This document shows, in pieces, positions 22,090 to 31,347 of a DNA stretch of 32,000 nucleotides. The notes under the pieces were generated by a model. That model was not told where the DNA came from and did no database searches. It saw only the letters and a list, made by a program, of their open reading frames with translations. Where the stretch lies: contig NZ_CP045650.1 of the NCBI RefSeq assembly GCF_009557235.1, forward strand, positions 2,580,001 to 2,612,000. The letters are read 5' to 3'. The translations under genes and the position numbers were made by a program. How positions within the stretch are numbered: the stretch's first letter is position 1; each line of letters begins with the position of its first letter. Source of the DNA: Acinetobacter wanghuae. GTDB taxonomy: Bacteria; Pseudomonadota; Gammaproteobacteria; Pseudomonadales; Moraxellaceae.

Positions 22090-23229
22090 ATGCTGAACTC
22101 GTTATCAAAGATGCAATTAGACACACTCACCTTATGGTATTTGGTTCAGCATTCACTTTCGAGCTTCTATAAAATTCGTGCTCATTATGCGCATTTGGCT
22201 GAAGCCATTCAGCCAGATCAAACCGCTGTTTGGCAATCTTTAGGTATTCATGCCAATCATGTACAGCGGCTTCAAGATTTCCACCAAGAAGAATCACAAC
22301 GTAAATTTGAACGCTGCATTGCGCTTACACAACAATATTGTGACTTCATCTTACTCGATACAGATATTGATTATCCGCAGCAACTTAGTCATTACTCTGA
22401 TAAGCCCCCGATCCTGTTTGGACAAGGTCAAGCAGATAGCTTGTTACAGGCACAAATCGCAATTGTAGGCAGCCGCAAGCCCAGTCATCATGGTCGCCAA
22501 GTGGCTTATGATTTTGCCTTTTACTTAAGTGAGCAAGGCTTTTATATCAATAGTGGACTGGCACAAGGCATTGATGAAGCAGCCCATCGTGCTGGTCTTT
22601 TGCATCAGCGTACTATCGCCGTGATGGGTACAGGACTTGATCAGACTTATCCCTCTTCGAATCAAGTATTACGCCAACAACTATTAGCAGAAGGCGGCAC
22701 AGTCATTACTGAGTTTTTGCCTGAGACTCCGCCACTTCAGCATCATTTTCCACGGCGTAATCGTATTGTTAGTGGATTAAGCCTAGGCGTGATTGTGGCG
22801 GAAGCGACCTTAAAGAGTGGCTCGCTCATTACGGCAAAACTCGCAGCGGAACAAGGCAAAACTATTTTTGCGATTCCGGGACATATTTACAGTGAACATC
22901 ATCAAGGTTGCCACCAACTGATTCGGGAAGGTGCGATTTTGATCGACCATCCGCAACAAGTGATTGAAGACTTAGCCCTCGCCACACAATGGCAATCCTT
23001 ACAAAATGAGATACATCGTGAAGCACCCACAGTTGAGACAACTCATATTCCAGCGCATTTAATTGCGCTTTACAATCAATTGGATTGGGTGGGACAAGAT
23101 CTAGATCAGCTGAGTTTACAACTACAATTCGATGTTGCGTCATTAACAGCACAATTGATGGAACTGGAACTTTTAGGTCTATGCACGCAGCAATCGGGAA
23201 TGTTTGTGCGTTGTCGTCCACACAAATAA
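22090..23229 (+). CDS. dprA: DNA-processing protein DprA (Smf)
   Basis: The Rossmann-like DprA core is present: IAIVGSRKPSHHGRQVAYDFA..., INSGLAQGIDEAAHRAGL and FPRRNRIVSGLSLGVIVAEATLKSGSLITA; 379 aa. Confidence 0.93.
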   Translation: MLNSLSKMQLDTLTLWYLVQHSLSSFYKIRAHYAHLAEAIQPDQTAVWQSLGIHANHVQRLQDFHQEESQRKFERCIALTQQYCDFILLDTDIDYPQQLSHYSDKPPILFGQGQADSLLQAQIAIVGSRKPSHHGRQVAYDFAFYLSEQGFYINSGLAQGIDEAAHRAGLLHQRTIAVMGTGLDQTYPSSNQVLRQQLLAEGGTVITEFLPETPPLQHHFPRRNRIVSGLSLGVIVAEATLKSGSLITAKLAAEQGKTIFAIPGHIYSEHHQGCHQLIREGAILIDHPQQVIEDLALATQWQSLQNEIHREAPTVETTHIPAHLIALYNQLDWVGQDLDQLSLQLQFDVASLTAQLMELELLGLCTQQSGMFVRCRPHK

Positions 23230-23274
23230 GGTTCACAATAATGACTTATTGTCATTTTATTAAAGGACTCTCCC

Positions 23275-23844
23275 ATGATTACCACCTCTGTTGCTGAAGC
23301 AGCGAAAGCCCTGCAAGCGGGTGAGGTATTGGCATATCCGACAGAAGCTGTATGGGGTTTGGGCTGTGACCCATTCAATGAACAAGCATTTTCAGAAATT
23401 CTACGTCTAAAACAACGTCCGATTGAAAAAGGCGTGATTTTATTGGCAGCCAATATTGCACAAGTTGAACATTTATTTGCAGGGCTGTCTGAAACAACCA
23501 AAGCACAGATTATTGATTCATGGACCAATCGCGGCCCTTCAGAACGTGCCACTACGTGGTTATTGCCTGCAAGTAGCGACATTCCAACATGGATTAAAGG
23601 TAACCATCCTAAAGTCGCTGTTCGAGTCACCACACATCCTTTATGTGTCGCGCTTTGTCAGGCATTTGGCGGTTTTATCGTATCAACCAGTGCCAATCCT
23701 GCCGGACTTGAACCTGCGCGCTCACTACAAGATTCCATTGCGTATTTTGAACAAGATTTGCATTATTTAAATGGTGATTTAGGCTTGAGCCAACAACCAA
23801 GTCGAATTTTGGATGCAGTAACAGGTGAAGTGATTCGCGCTTAA
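23275..23844 (+). CDS. tsaC: L-threonylcarbamoyladenylate synthase type 1 (YrdC/TsaC)
   Basis: LQAGEVLAYPTEAVWGLGCDP, LKQRPIEKGVILL and STSANPAG motifs; 189 aa. The def/LysM/dprA/tsaC gene order is conserved. Confidence 0.92.
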   Translation: MITTSVAEAAKALQAGEVLAYPTEAVWGLGCDPFNEQAFSEILRLKQRPIEKGVILLAANIAQVEHLFAGLSETTKAQIIDSWTNRGPSERATTWLLPASSDIPTWIKGNHPKVAVRVTTHPLCVALCQAFGGFIVSTSANPAGLEPARSLQDSIAYFEQDLHYLNGDLGLSQQPSRILDAVTGEVIRA

Positions 23845-23889
23845 GCGAATCACCTTCTATATATTGAAAATAAGACAAAAGTTTAAGAC

Positions 23890-23953
23890 AAAAAAAAGCT
23901 CAGCCATATAGGGACGGCTGAGCATAAAAAAGGATGTGCATAAATCACATCCA
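23890..23953 (-). terminator. Two tandem rho-independent terminators in minus sense
   Basis: In minus sense: GGAUGUG-auuuaug-CACAUCC followed by UUUUUUAU, then GCUCAGCC-n10-GGCUGAGC followed by UUUUUUUU. In plus sense neither hairpin is followed by a U-run. Confidence 0.7.
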
Positions 23954-24273
23954 GAGGGTTCGAAAATCTCTGGGAGTTTGATAATTCAGGAAATTTTCTG
24001 AGTCATCATTCTCGATGGACGTATTATGGGAGAAAGCTTGAACAACAACAAATACAATAAAATGATCTATTAATAGCTATTAACTATTAATAGAATGAAT
24101 GATTCAAGTAAAATTCAAAATATCTTGCTATTTTTACTTCAATTTTAAAAATAAGCTTATTTTTAAAGAGCTGCTTTTCAGTTAAAAAAATAAGCCAAAC
24201 AAGTGAAACCAATATAAAAAAGACTATTCGATTGTTTATTTTTTAATCAATACTGCAAAATTCATATGAATGA

Positions 24274-25176
24274 TCACGTCAATTTTGGCTTGGGACTATA
24301 TTGCGCCAACAAAATCCCGAGCAAAATGACCACGCCACCCACAGTATGATAAATCGTCCACGATTCGCCTAACCATACATACGCAATCATGGCAGTGAAA
24401 ATAGGCATGAGGTTCATAAAGATACTACTGCGATTAGGTCCAAGCTGTTGTACCGCCATCATCCACAATAAAGGTGCGGCAATTGAAGGAAAAATACCAG
24501 CATAGGCAATACTTGCCACATTATTCACATTAATCGCATCCAATCCCATAAATGCAATGAATGGCAGATGCATGATTAAAGCAAAACAGATTTGAATATA
24601 TAAGCTTGAAACCAACGGAATTTGAATTTGCCATTTTTTGAGTAAAACCCCGTAGCAGGCATAGAAAAAGACCGCAAGCAGCATCATTAAATCGCCAATA
24701 TAACTATCCCCGAGCGAAAGTACATGTGCCCACTGCCCTTGTGCCATCACATACATCAGCCCAATTAAAGACAATAGACTGCCTAAAATTGCAGTGATTG
24801 AGGGGCGAATTTTTAAAATAAACACGCCCACAATAATGGTAAACACGGGAATAAAGGCATTAATCAGCCCCATATTGGTTGCACTGGTATAATGTGCCGA
24901 GCTATAAGCCAAACCTTGATAAAACACCATGCCCAAAGCACCGAGGAGTGCCAGATGTCCTAAATAAGGACGAATGTCAGGCCATTGTTTTTTGATGCAC
25001 CTATATACAAAAGGCGTCATGACCAAGAATGCTAAAACCCAACGATAAAAACTAATACTTAACGGAGAAATATAGTCAGCTACATAACGATTGACCGTCA
25101 TATTCAAAGACCAAATTAAAACCGCCATCAATGGCAAGAGAAAAGCCCATGCCATCGTTTTTTGTTGCTGTGTCAT
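24274..25176 (-). CDS. DMT-superfamily (EamA/RhaT-type) transporter
   Basis: 300 aa with about ten hydrophobic helices and the two-EamA-repeat architecture. Confidence 0.85.
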   Translation of the reverse strand: MTQQQKTMAWAFLLPLMAVLIWSLNMTVNRYVADYISPLSISFYRWVLAFLVMTPFVYRCIKKQWPDIRPYLGHLALLGALGMVFYQGLAYSSAHYTSATNMGLINAFIPVFTIIVGVFILKIRPSITAILGSLLSLIGLMYVMAQGQWAHVLSLGDSYIGDLMMLLAVFFYACYGVLLKKWQIQIPLVSSLYIQICFALIMHLPFIAFMGLDAINVNNVASIAYAGIFPSIAAPLLWMMAVQQLGPNRSSIFMNLMPIFTAMIAYVWLGESWTIYHTVGGVVILLGILLAQYSPKPKLT

Positions 25177-25369
25177 AGCACCCTAACCCACTGTCTGATC
25201 TTTTATAAACATAAAGATCTTTATATTGCTGTACAGCATAATGGAATTGTCATGTGATTTTCAGCTTTTGTCTGTGATTTAAATCGATTGTTTACGGCTC
25301 TCATCTTGTACTTCAAATCAATACCCGTTAAAACATGGGGTAAACAACAATCTATTGATAGGACATTCA

Positions 25370-25915
25370 ATGAGTACTTCTGTTTACGATATTCCAGTGA
25401 AAACCATTCAAGGTAACGAAACCACGCTCAACCAATATGAAGGGAAAGTCCTATTGATTGTGAATACAGCGTCTAAATGTGGTTTAACGCCACAATATGA
25501 AGGGTTGCAAAAACTGTATGCGGCTGAAAAAGCTAATGGTTTAGAGATTCTTGGTTTTCCATCGAATGACTTTTTAGCGCAAGAGCCAGGCAGCGAAGCA
25601 GATATTCAAGAGTTCTGCTCGCTTAATTATCAAGTTGAATTCCCACTGTTTGCGAAAATTCCAGTGGTGGGCGATGCCAAACATCCGCTTTATGCGGCTC
25701 TTACCCAAGCCATTCCTGAACGTATTGGTGAAGGTCCTTGGCATAAAGATTTAGTGGATTACGGTCTTACCCCAAATGAGCCACCTGAAGTGCTATGGAA
25801 CTTTGAAAAATTCTTGGTCAACAAGCAAGGTGAAGTTGTGGCACGCTTTGCTCCGGATATTACAGCGGATGACGCCCGTATTGTCGATGCCATCCAAGCT
25901 GAACTTTCGAAGTAA
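25370..25915 (+). CDS. btuE: Glutathione peroxidase (BtuE-like thiol peroxidase)
   Basis: VLLIVNTASKCGLTPQYEGL, LGFPSNDFLAQEPGS and LWNFEKFLV closely resemble E. coli BtuE as I recall it. I chose the ATG at 25370, which has an AGGA SD, over the TTG at 25355. Confidence 0.9.
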   Translation: MSTSVYDIPVKTIQGNETTLNQYEGKVLLIVNTASKCGLTPQYEGLQKLYAAEKANGLEILGFPSNDFLAQEPGSEADIQEFCSLNYQVEFPLFAKIPVVGDAKHPLYAALTQAIPERIGEGPWHKDLVDYGLTPNEPPEVLWNFEKFLVNKQGEVVARFAPDITADDARIVDAIQAELSK

Positions 25916-25928
25916 GACTCATCATTGT

Positions 25929-25975
25929 GTCAGTATTTTGCCAAGCGCAAGGTACTGACATTTCTAATTTTTCAA
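25929..25975 (+). terminator. Probable terminator of the peroxidase gene
   Basis: GTCAGTA...TACTGAC outer stem with inner TTGC/GCAA pairing, followed by a T-rich tract (ATTTCTAATTTTT). Confidence 0.5.
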
Positions 25976-26121
25976 AATTTAAAATAACAAAGGCTCTTTT
26001 CTCAATCTTCTTAATTTCTTCTTTATTTTTATATTTCACCTACATCGCATTCACCATTACTCACCAGATGACGCCTATGATCAACCTATCAACCCAATGC
26101 CATAGATCATCAAGGTGACGT

Positions 26122-26499
26122 ATGAATACATTTTTAAAAGCAATTGTTTTATCAATTTCGACTGCTTTAGTTGCCGCACCGGTGATGGCTGCTCCGCAAG
26201 AACACCAACCGAATAAGCATTATACGCAGCAACAACATAAAGCACCGATGCAACCACAACAACTGCATAAAAACCCACACCATAAACCTGTTGCTAAAAA
26301 AGCGATTAATCCATCACGCGATTGGAGAGTCGGTCAAAAAGTTCCGAATCAACACTTTAGTCAATCCTATAAAGTGGATCATAAACAGTATAAAAAATTG
26401 AGTAAACCGGGCAGAAACCAGCAATGGATTAAAGTAAATGGCGACTACATTTTGACGAACGTAAAAACGCATAACATTATTAAAATCATTGCGGGTTAA
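26122..26499 (+). CDS. RcnB/YohN-family periplasmic protein (His/Gln-rich N-terminal region)
   Basis: It has a signal peptide (LVAAPVMAAP). The C-terminal pattern DWRVGQKVP...YKVDHKQYKKLSKPGRNQQWIKVNGDYILTNVKTHNIIKII matches the RcnB family as I recall it. Confidence 0.7.
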   Translation: MNTFLKAIVLSISTALVAAPVMAAPQEHQPNKHYTQQQHKAPMQPQQLHKNPHHKPVAKKAINPSRDWRVGQKVPNQHFSQSYKVDHKQYKKLSKPGRNQQWIKVNGDYILTNVKTHNIIKIIAG

Positions 26500-26521
26500 T
26501 ACCCACAATCTCGGTGAAGGA

Positions 26522-26550
26522 AGAGCGCTACGGCGCTCTTTTTTATTTTT
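26522..26550 (+). terminator. Rho-independent terminator
   Basis: AGAGCGC-tacg-GCGCTCT followed by TTTTTTATTTTTT. Confidence 0.85.
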
Positions 26551-26653
26551 TGATCAATCAAACCAAGAGTTTTGTTGTGGCTTTGCAATTCTTCACCGTA
26601 TCTGCCACATTGGTGTTTATATTCATTCATATGCGATTTCACTTGAGCCTCTC

Positions 26654-27244
26654 ATGAAAAATATAATTCAGAACAGCGTGTTGCCTTTTGCTTTATTTGC
26701 CGGTGCACTGGCACTTTTCGGTTGCGACCAAGTCGCCGCCCCTGAATCGCATAGCCAAACGACTGAATCTGAAACGACAGTTGCAACATCAGCGCAAAGC
26801 CAAGAGCAAGCAGTCGAACTCAAAAGCGGCAATATGTTTTATATCATTCGTGATGTCGCAGATTTTCAGCTAAAAGCTGGCGATTATGTCGAACAGCTCA
26901 AACAAACCCAAACTGAATTACAAACTGCGGTGAATGCTCAAGATACTGCACAGCTTCAGCAAACAGCGACCGCACTCGAATCGCAATTAAAAGGCTTTAA
27001 TGACGCATTGACCGGCTTAAATTTAAAAAGTCAGGAAATTGATCAAGTTCGCTCTAAAATTATGACGGCCAATGAACAAGTCTTAGCTTCACCGTTCTTA
27101 AATGGCGATGTAGATTTAAGTAAAGTTGATTTCAAACAAATTGAACAACAAATGGGAAATGTTCAATCCGAAATGATCAAACTTGCTGGCATGTTGCTTG
27201 AAAATGGCGGCAATACAGCAGAAGAATCGAGTGACAATAGCTAA
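26654..27244 (+). CDS. Lipoprotein of unknown function (Gln/Glu-rich, predicted helical)
   Basis: MKNIIQNSVLPFALFAGALALFGCDQ carries a lipobox, LFGC. The track ORF beginning at 26489 overlaps the upstream terminator, so the upstream extension is rejected. Confidence 0.75.
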   Translation: MKNIIQNSVLPFALFAGALALFGCDQVAAPESHSQTTESETTVATSAQSQEQAVELKSGNMFYIIRDVADFQLKAGDYVEQLKQTQTELQTAVNAQDTAQLQQTATALESQLKGFNDALTGLNLKSQEIDQVRSKIMTANEQVLASPFLNGDVDLSKVDFKQIEQQMGNVQSEMIKLAGMLLENGGNTAEESSDNS

Positions 27245-27380
27245 AATTCGTAATGCATCTTTGAGATGTATCGACTCTCATTCATAAGCTTACAGTTTTA
27301 ATATAGATCGCGTGCTGAAAGCTATTTACAGTCAATGTAATAAATAGCCATAACGATGATTCAAACTGTGGAGCTTATGC

Positions 27381-28379
27381 ATGTCGAATCCTTTGATTTA
27401 CAGTGTTGTTCCGATCGAGTTTCGACTAGATCTTAAAGATCCTTTTATTTTTTGCGCCCATCACATTGACCATTACCCCAAAGGCAATGCTGATTTAGGC
27501 CCTGCCACCCCTGCACTCAATAAAGAATACAACATGTATTATGGTGAGACCGTTCCCGGTTTCCCTGAGCATCCACATACCGGTTTTGAAACCATCACGT
27601 TGGTCGAACAAGGTTATGTCGATCATTTTGACTCTTTAGGAAATGCTGGACGTTATACCGAAGGTGATGTGCAATGGCTCACCACAGGCAATGGGGTTGA
27701 ACATTGTGAAATGTTTCCTTTGCTGCATGAAGACCGTGAAAATCCGTTTGAGTTATTTCAAATTTGGTTCAATTCATCACCTGAGCAAAAGAAACAGCCC
27801 GCCGACTATAGAATGTTTTGGCGTGAGCAAATTCCGCATGTCTTTGAATCAGATCCTGAAGATCGAAAGTCGGATATTCGCGTCATTTCAGGTGCGTTTA
27901 AACACACCGATGCGATTCCTCGCCCACCACATTCTTGGGCTGCCGCAGCAGAAAATAAAGTCAACATTTACCTCATTACCCTAGCGCCTGAAGCTGAACT
28001 GACCATTCCCGCAACCACTGCAACATCCAACCGATTCTGCTATTTCTATGAAGGCAAAACTTTAGATGTTGAAGATCAAACCATTGATTTTAAACATTTG
28101 GTCGAACTCAAAGCGGATGCAGATATTCATTTAAAAAGCGGGCTTTTAGAGTCACGGATTTTGTGGCTTGAAGGTGAACCAATTAATGCACCTGTTGCTA
28201 TGCGTGGACCTTTTGTTCTAAACAGCAATGAAGAACTCGATGCTGCATTTCGACGTTATCGTGAAACGCATTTTGGTGAATGGCCTTGGCCTAGCCCTGC
28301 CCCAGTCTTTGAAAAAGTGCAGCCACGTTTTGCCACTTATAATGGCGGTGAACGTAAAGAATTCCCTGAGCAGCTTTAA
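27381..28379 (+). CDS. Pirin-family (bicupin) protein
   Basis: FPEHPHTGFETITLV matches the pirin metal-binding motif HPHRGFE.VT. It is 332 aa, with a GGAG SD 9 nt upstream. Confidence 0.85.
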   Translation: MSNPLIYSVVPIEFRLDLKDPFIFCAHHIDHYPKGNADLGPATPALNKEYNMYYGETVPGFPEHPHTGFETITLVEQGYVDHFDSLGNAGRYTEGDVQWLTTGNGVEHCEMFPLLHEDRENPFELFQIWFNSSPEQKKQPADYRMFWREQIPHVFESDPEDRKSDIRVISGAFKHTDAIPRPPHSWAAAAENKVNIYLITLAPEAELTIPATTATSNRFCYFYEGKTLDVEDQTIDFKHLVELKADADIHLKSGLLESRILWLEGEPINAPVAMRGPFVLNSNEELDAAFRRYRETHFGEWPWPSPAPVFEKVQPRFATYNGGERKEFPEQL

Positions 28380-28400
28380 CTTGCCAAACTGAATAAAAAC

Positions 28401-28435
28401 AGCCTATTGTGTCATTTACTCTAGGCTTTTTTTTA
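28401..28435 (+). terminator. Rho-independent terminator of the pirin gene
   Basis: AGCCTA-n15-TAGGCT followed by TTTTTTTT. Confidence 0.75.
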
Positions 28436-28448
28436 TAACTCAATTTCT

Positions 28449-28898
28449 ATGCAACTCATTATTTTTACAGGTGTTCAAGCGTCAGGAAAGTCGAGTTTTT
28501 ATTTACTGAATTTGGCGCATAGTCATTTGCGCATTAATTTAGATATGCTGAAAACAAGGCATCGTGAAAATATGATTTTTGAAGCATGTTTGGCATCTAA
28601 AACCAAAACAGTCATTGATAATACCAACCCCACCAAAGCAGACCGAGCGCGTTATATTCAGCGAGCAAAAGACGTAGGCTTTGAAGTCATTTCTTATTAT
28701 TTTGAAACGGATTTAAGCAGTACGTTGGAACGGAATAGCCATCGTATCGGTAAAGCCAATATTCTTGAAGTGGGTGTAAGGGCAACTTATAAGAAGCTAG
28801 AAGTTCCAAGTTTAGATGAAGGTTTTGATGAGATTTTTAAGGTAAAGATTGTAGGAAATGGGGAGTTTAATTTTTCTAGGTTAATCGCTACCTTATAA
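28449..28898 (+). CDS. Stand-alone P-loop polynucleotide 5'-kinase-like protein (PNKP/T4 Pnk kinase-domain family, AAA_33-like)
   Basis: Walker A is FTGVQASGKSS. The motifs VIDNTNPTKADRARYIQRAKDVGFEV..YYF, ..ERNSHR.. and YKKLEVPSLDEGFDEIF parallel the human PNKP kinase domain as I recall it ([45 protein letters not shown]). Confidence 0.7.
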   Translation: MQLIIFTGVQASGKSSFYLLNLAHSHLRINLDMLKTRHRENMIFEACLASKTKTVIDNTNPTKADRARYIQRAKDVGFEVISYYFETDLSSTLERNSHRIGKANILEVGVRATYKKLEVPSLDEGFDEIFKVKIVGNGEFNFSRLIATL

Positions 28899-29033
28899 AT
28901 AATATGATCCAATATTTTTTAACTAATTTAATATATTCAAAAACTTATTAAAATATAAAAACTTAAGTCTTATATCTGATTTTAGTTCCAGTACTTATAT
29001 TCATCTCTATTTTATGTCTTATCAAACACGCCA

Positions 29034-29405
29034 ATGAAAAATATTTTAATTAGTTTTTTATTTATATTTTCGTGCAATGTACATGCTTATGCACCAGAAC
29101 CTACCAAGCAAGACCTCAGAGAATATTTAATGCTTATGAAGCATTTTAGTTTTGAGTTCAATGCATTTATCAAATCCGCTGAAGCATTAGTACAAGATGA
29201 AGTTAATTTTGATGATCCCAAAACCCAAATTGAACTTTGTAATGTTGTCCAATCAGCAAAGTTAATTCATCATCTAGTGACCAATCGAAAAGTTCACCCA
29301 AAGTTTGCATTTGATCTTGAAAGTAAAGCAAAAACCACCCAACTGCTTGAATCATCGCTAGGCTTACGCGATCAACTTAGAAAGCATAACCACTATTGTC
29401 CATAA
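29034..29405 (+). CDS. Hypothetical small secreted protein
   Basis: 123 aa with a signal-peptide-like N-terminus (ILISFLFIFSCNVHAYA) and low GC. It is preceded by a very AT-rich 135-bp spacer. No motifs recognised. Confidence 0.5.
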   Translation: MKNILISFLFIFSCNVHAYAPEPTKQDLREYLMLMKHFSFEFNAFIKSAEALVQDEVNFDDPKTQIELCNVVQSAKLIHHLVTNRKVHPKFAFDLESKAKTTQLLESSLGLRDQLRKHNHYCP

Positions 29406-29433
29406 TTTGTGTGATATCACTTCGCTTCATGCA

Positions 29434-29466
29434 TAAAAAAACCACCCTTTCGGGTGGTTTTTTTAA
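29434..29466. terminator. Bidirectional rho-independent terminator (end of the atp operon and of the convergent gene)
   Basis: AAAAAAACCACCC-tttc-GGGTGGTTTTTTT. Confidence 0.9.
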
Positions 29467-29480
29467 TCTCAAACCGTCTC

Positions 29481-29900
29481 TTATTGAGCGCGGTTTTTGA
29501 TTTTGCGGATCGTTTCGAGCTGAGCAGCAGTTTCTGCAAGAGCAGCCAATGCAGCAGCAGCGTCCAAATCGCTCTTTTGATTTGCAAGCAAGCTTTCAGC
29601 GTTTTTACGCGCTTCAAGAATTGCAGCTTCATCTAAGTTGTCAGCACGAATTGCAGTATCTGCAAGAATCGTAACAACGTGCGGTTGAACTTCAAGAACA
29701 CCACCCGATACATAGATTAACTCTTCTGTACCGTTTTCCAACAGAACGCGGATTGCGCCCGGTTGAAGCAAAGTTACTAGCGGAGCGTGACCAGGCATAA
29801 TACCTAACTCACCGCCAGCACCTTTAGCAATTAGCATAGTTACAGTGCCTGAGTACAAAGACTCTTTAACACTTACAACGTCACATTGCATAGTCGCCAT
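29481..29900 (-). CDS. atpC: F1 ATP synthase epsilon subunit
   Basis: 139 aa. MATMQCDVVSVKESLYSG...IMPGHAPL is typical of AtpC, and the gene sits immediately downstream of atpD. Confidence 0.95.
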   Translation of the reverse strand: MATMQCDVVSVKESLYSGTVTMLIAKGAGGELGIMPGHAPLVTLLQPGAIRVLLENGTEELIYVSGGVLEVQPHVVTILADTAIRADNLDEAAILEARKNAESLLANQKSDLDAAAALAALAETAAQLETIRKIKNRAQ

Positions 29901-29926
29901 GAGAATCTCCTAAATTAGGGAACTAA

Positions 29927-31336
<1,410 letters not shown>

Positions 31337-31347
31337 TCAAAATAATG

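Noticed and set aside
23951-23977. A GGTTCGAAA T-loop-like motif (CCAGAGGGTTCGAAAATCTCTGG) suggesting a tRNA or tmRNA fragment.
   Set aside because: The loop is 11 nt rather than 7. There is no acceptor, anticodon or D-arm around it, and no CCA end. It is treated simply as one of several hairpins in that spacer.
25197-25219. Short inverted repeats in promoter regions: GATCTTT-n9-AAAGATC between the DMT gene and btuE, GATCTAA-aa-TTAGATC at 9943-9958 upstream of ygiQ, and GCTATTTA-n12-TAAATAGC at 27321-27348 upstream of the pirin gene.
   Set aside because: Inverted repeats with 7-8-bp arms are expected several times by chance in a 32-kb AT-rich window. With no partner regulator gene adjacent there is no support for calling them operators.
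25776-29636. Short ORFs 25776-25958, 25927-26118, 26081-26278, 26314-26508, 26688-26873, 27643-27984, 29417-29632 and 29454-29636.
   Set aside because: They overlap better-supported genes or span terminator hairpins and AT-rich spacers, and their composition is not protein-like.
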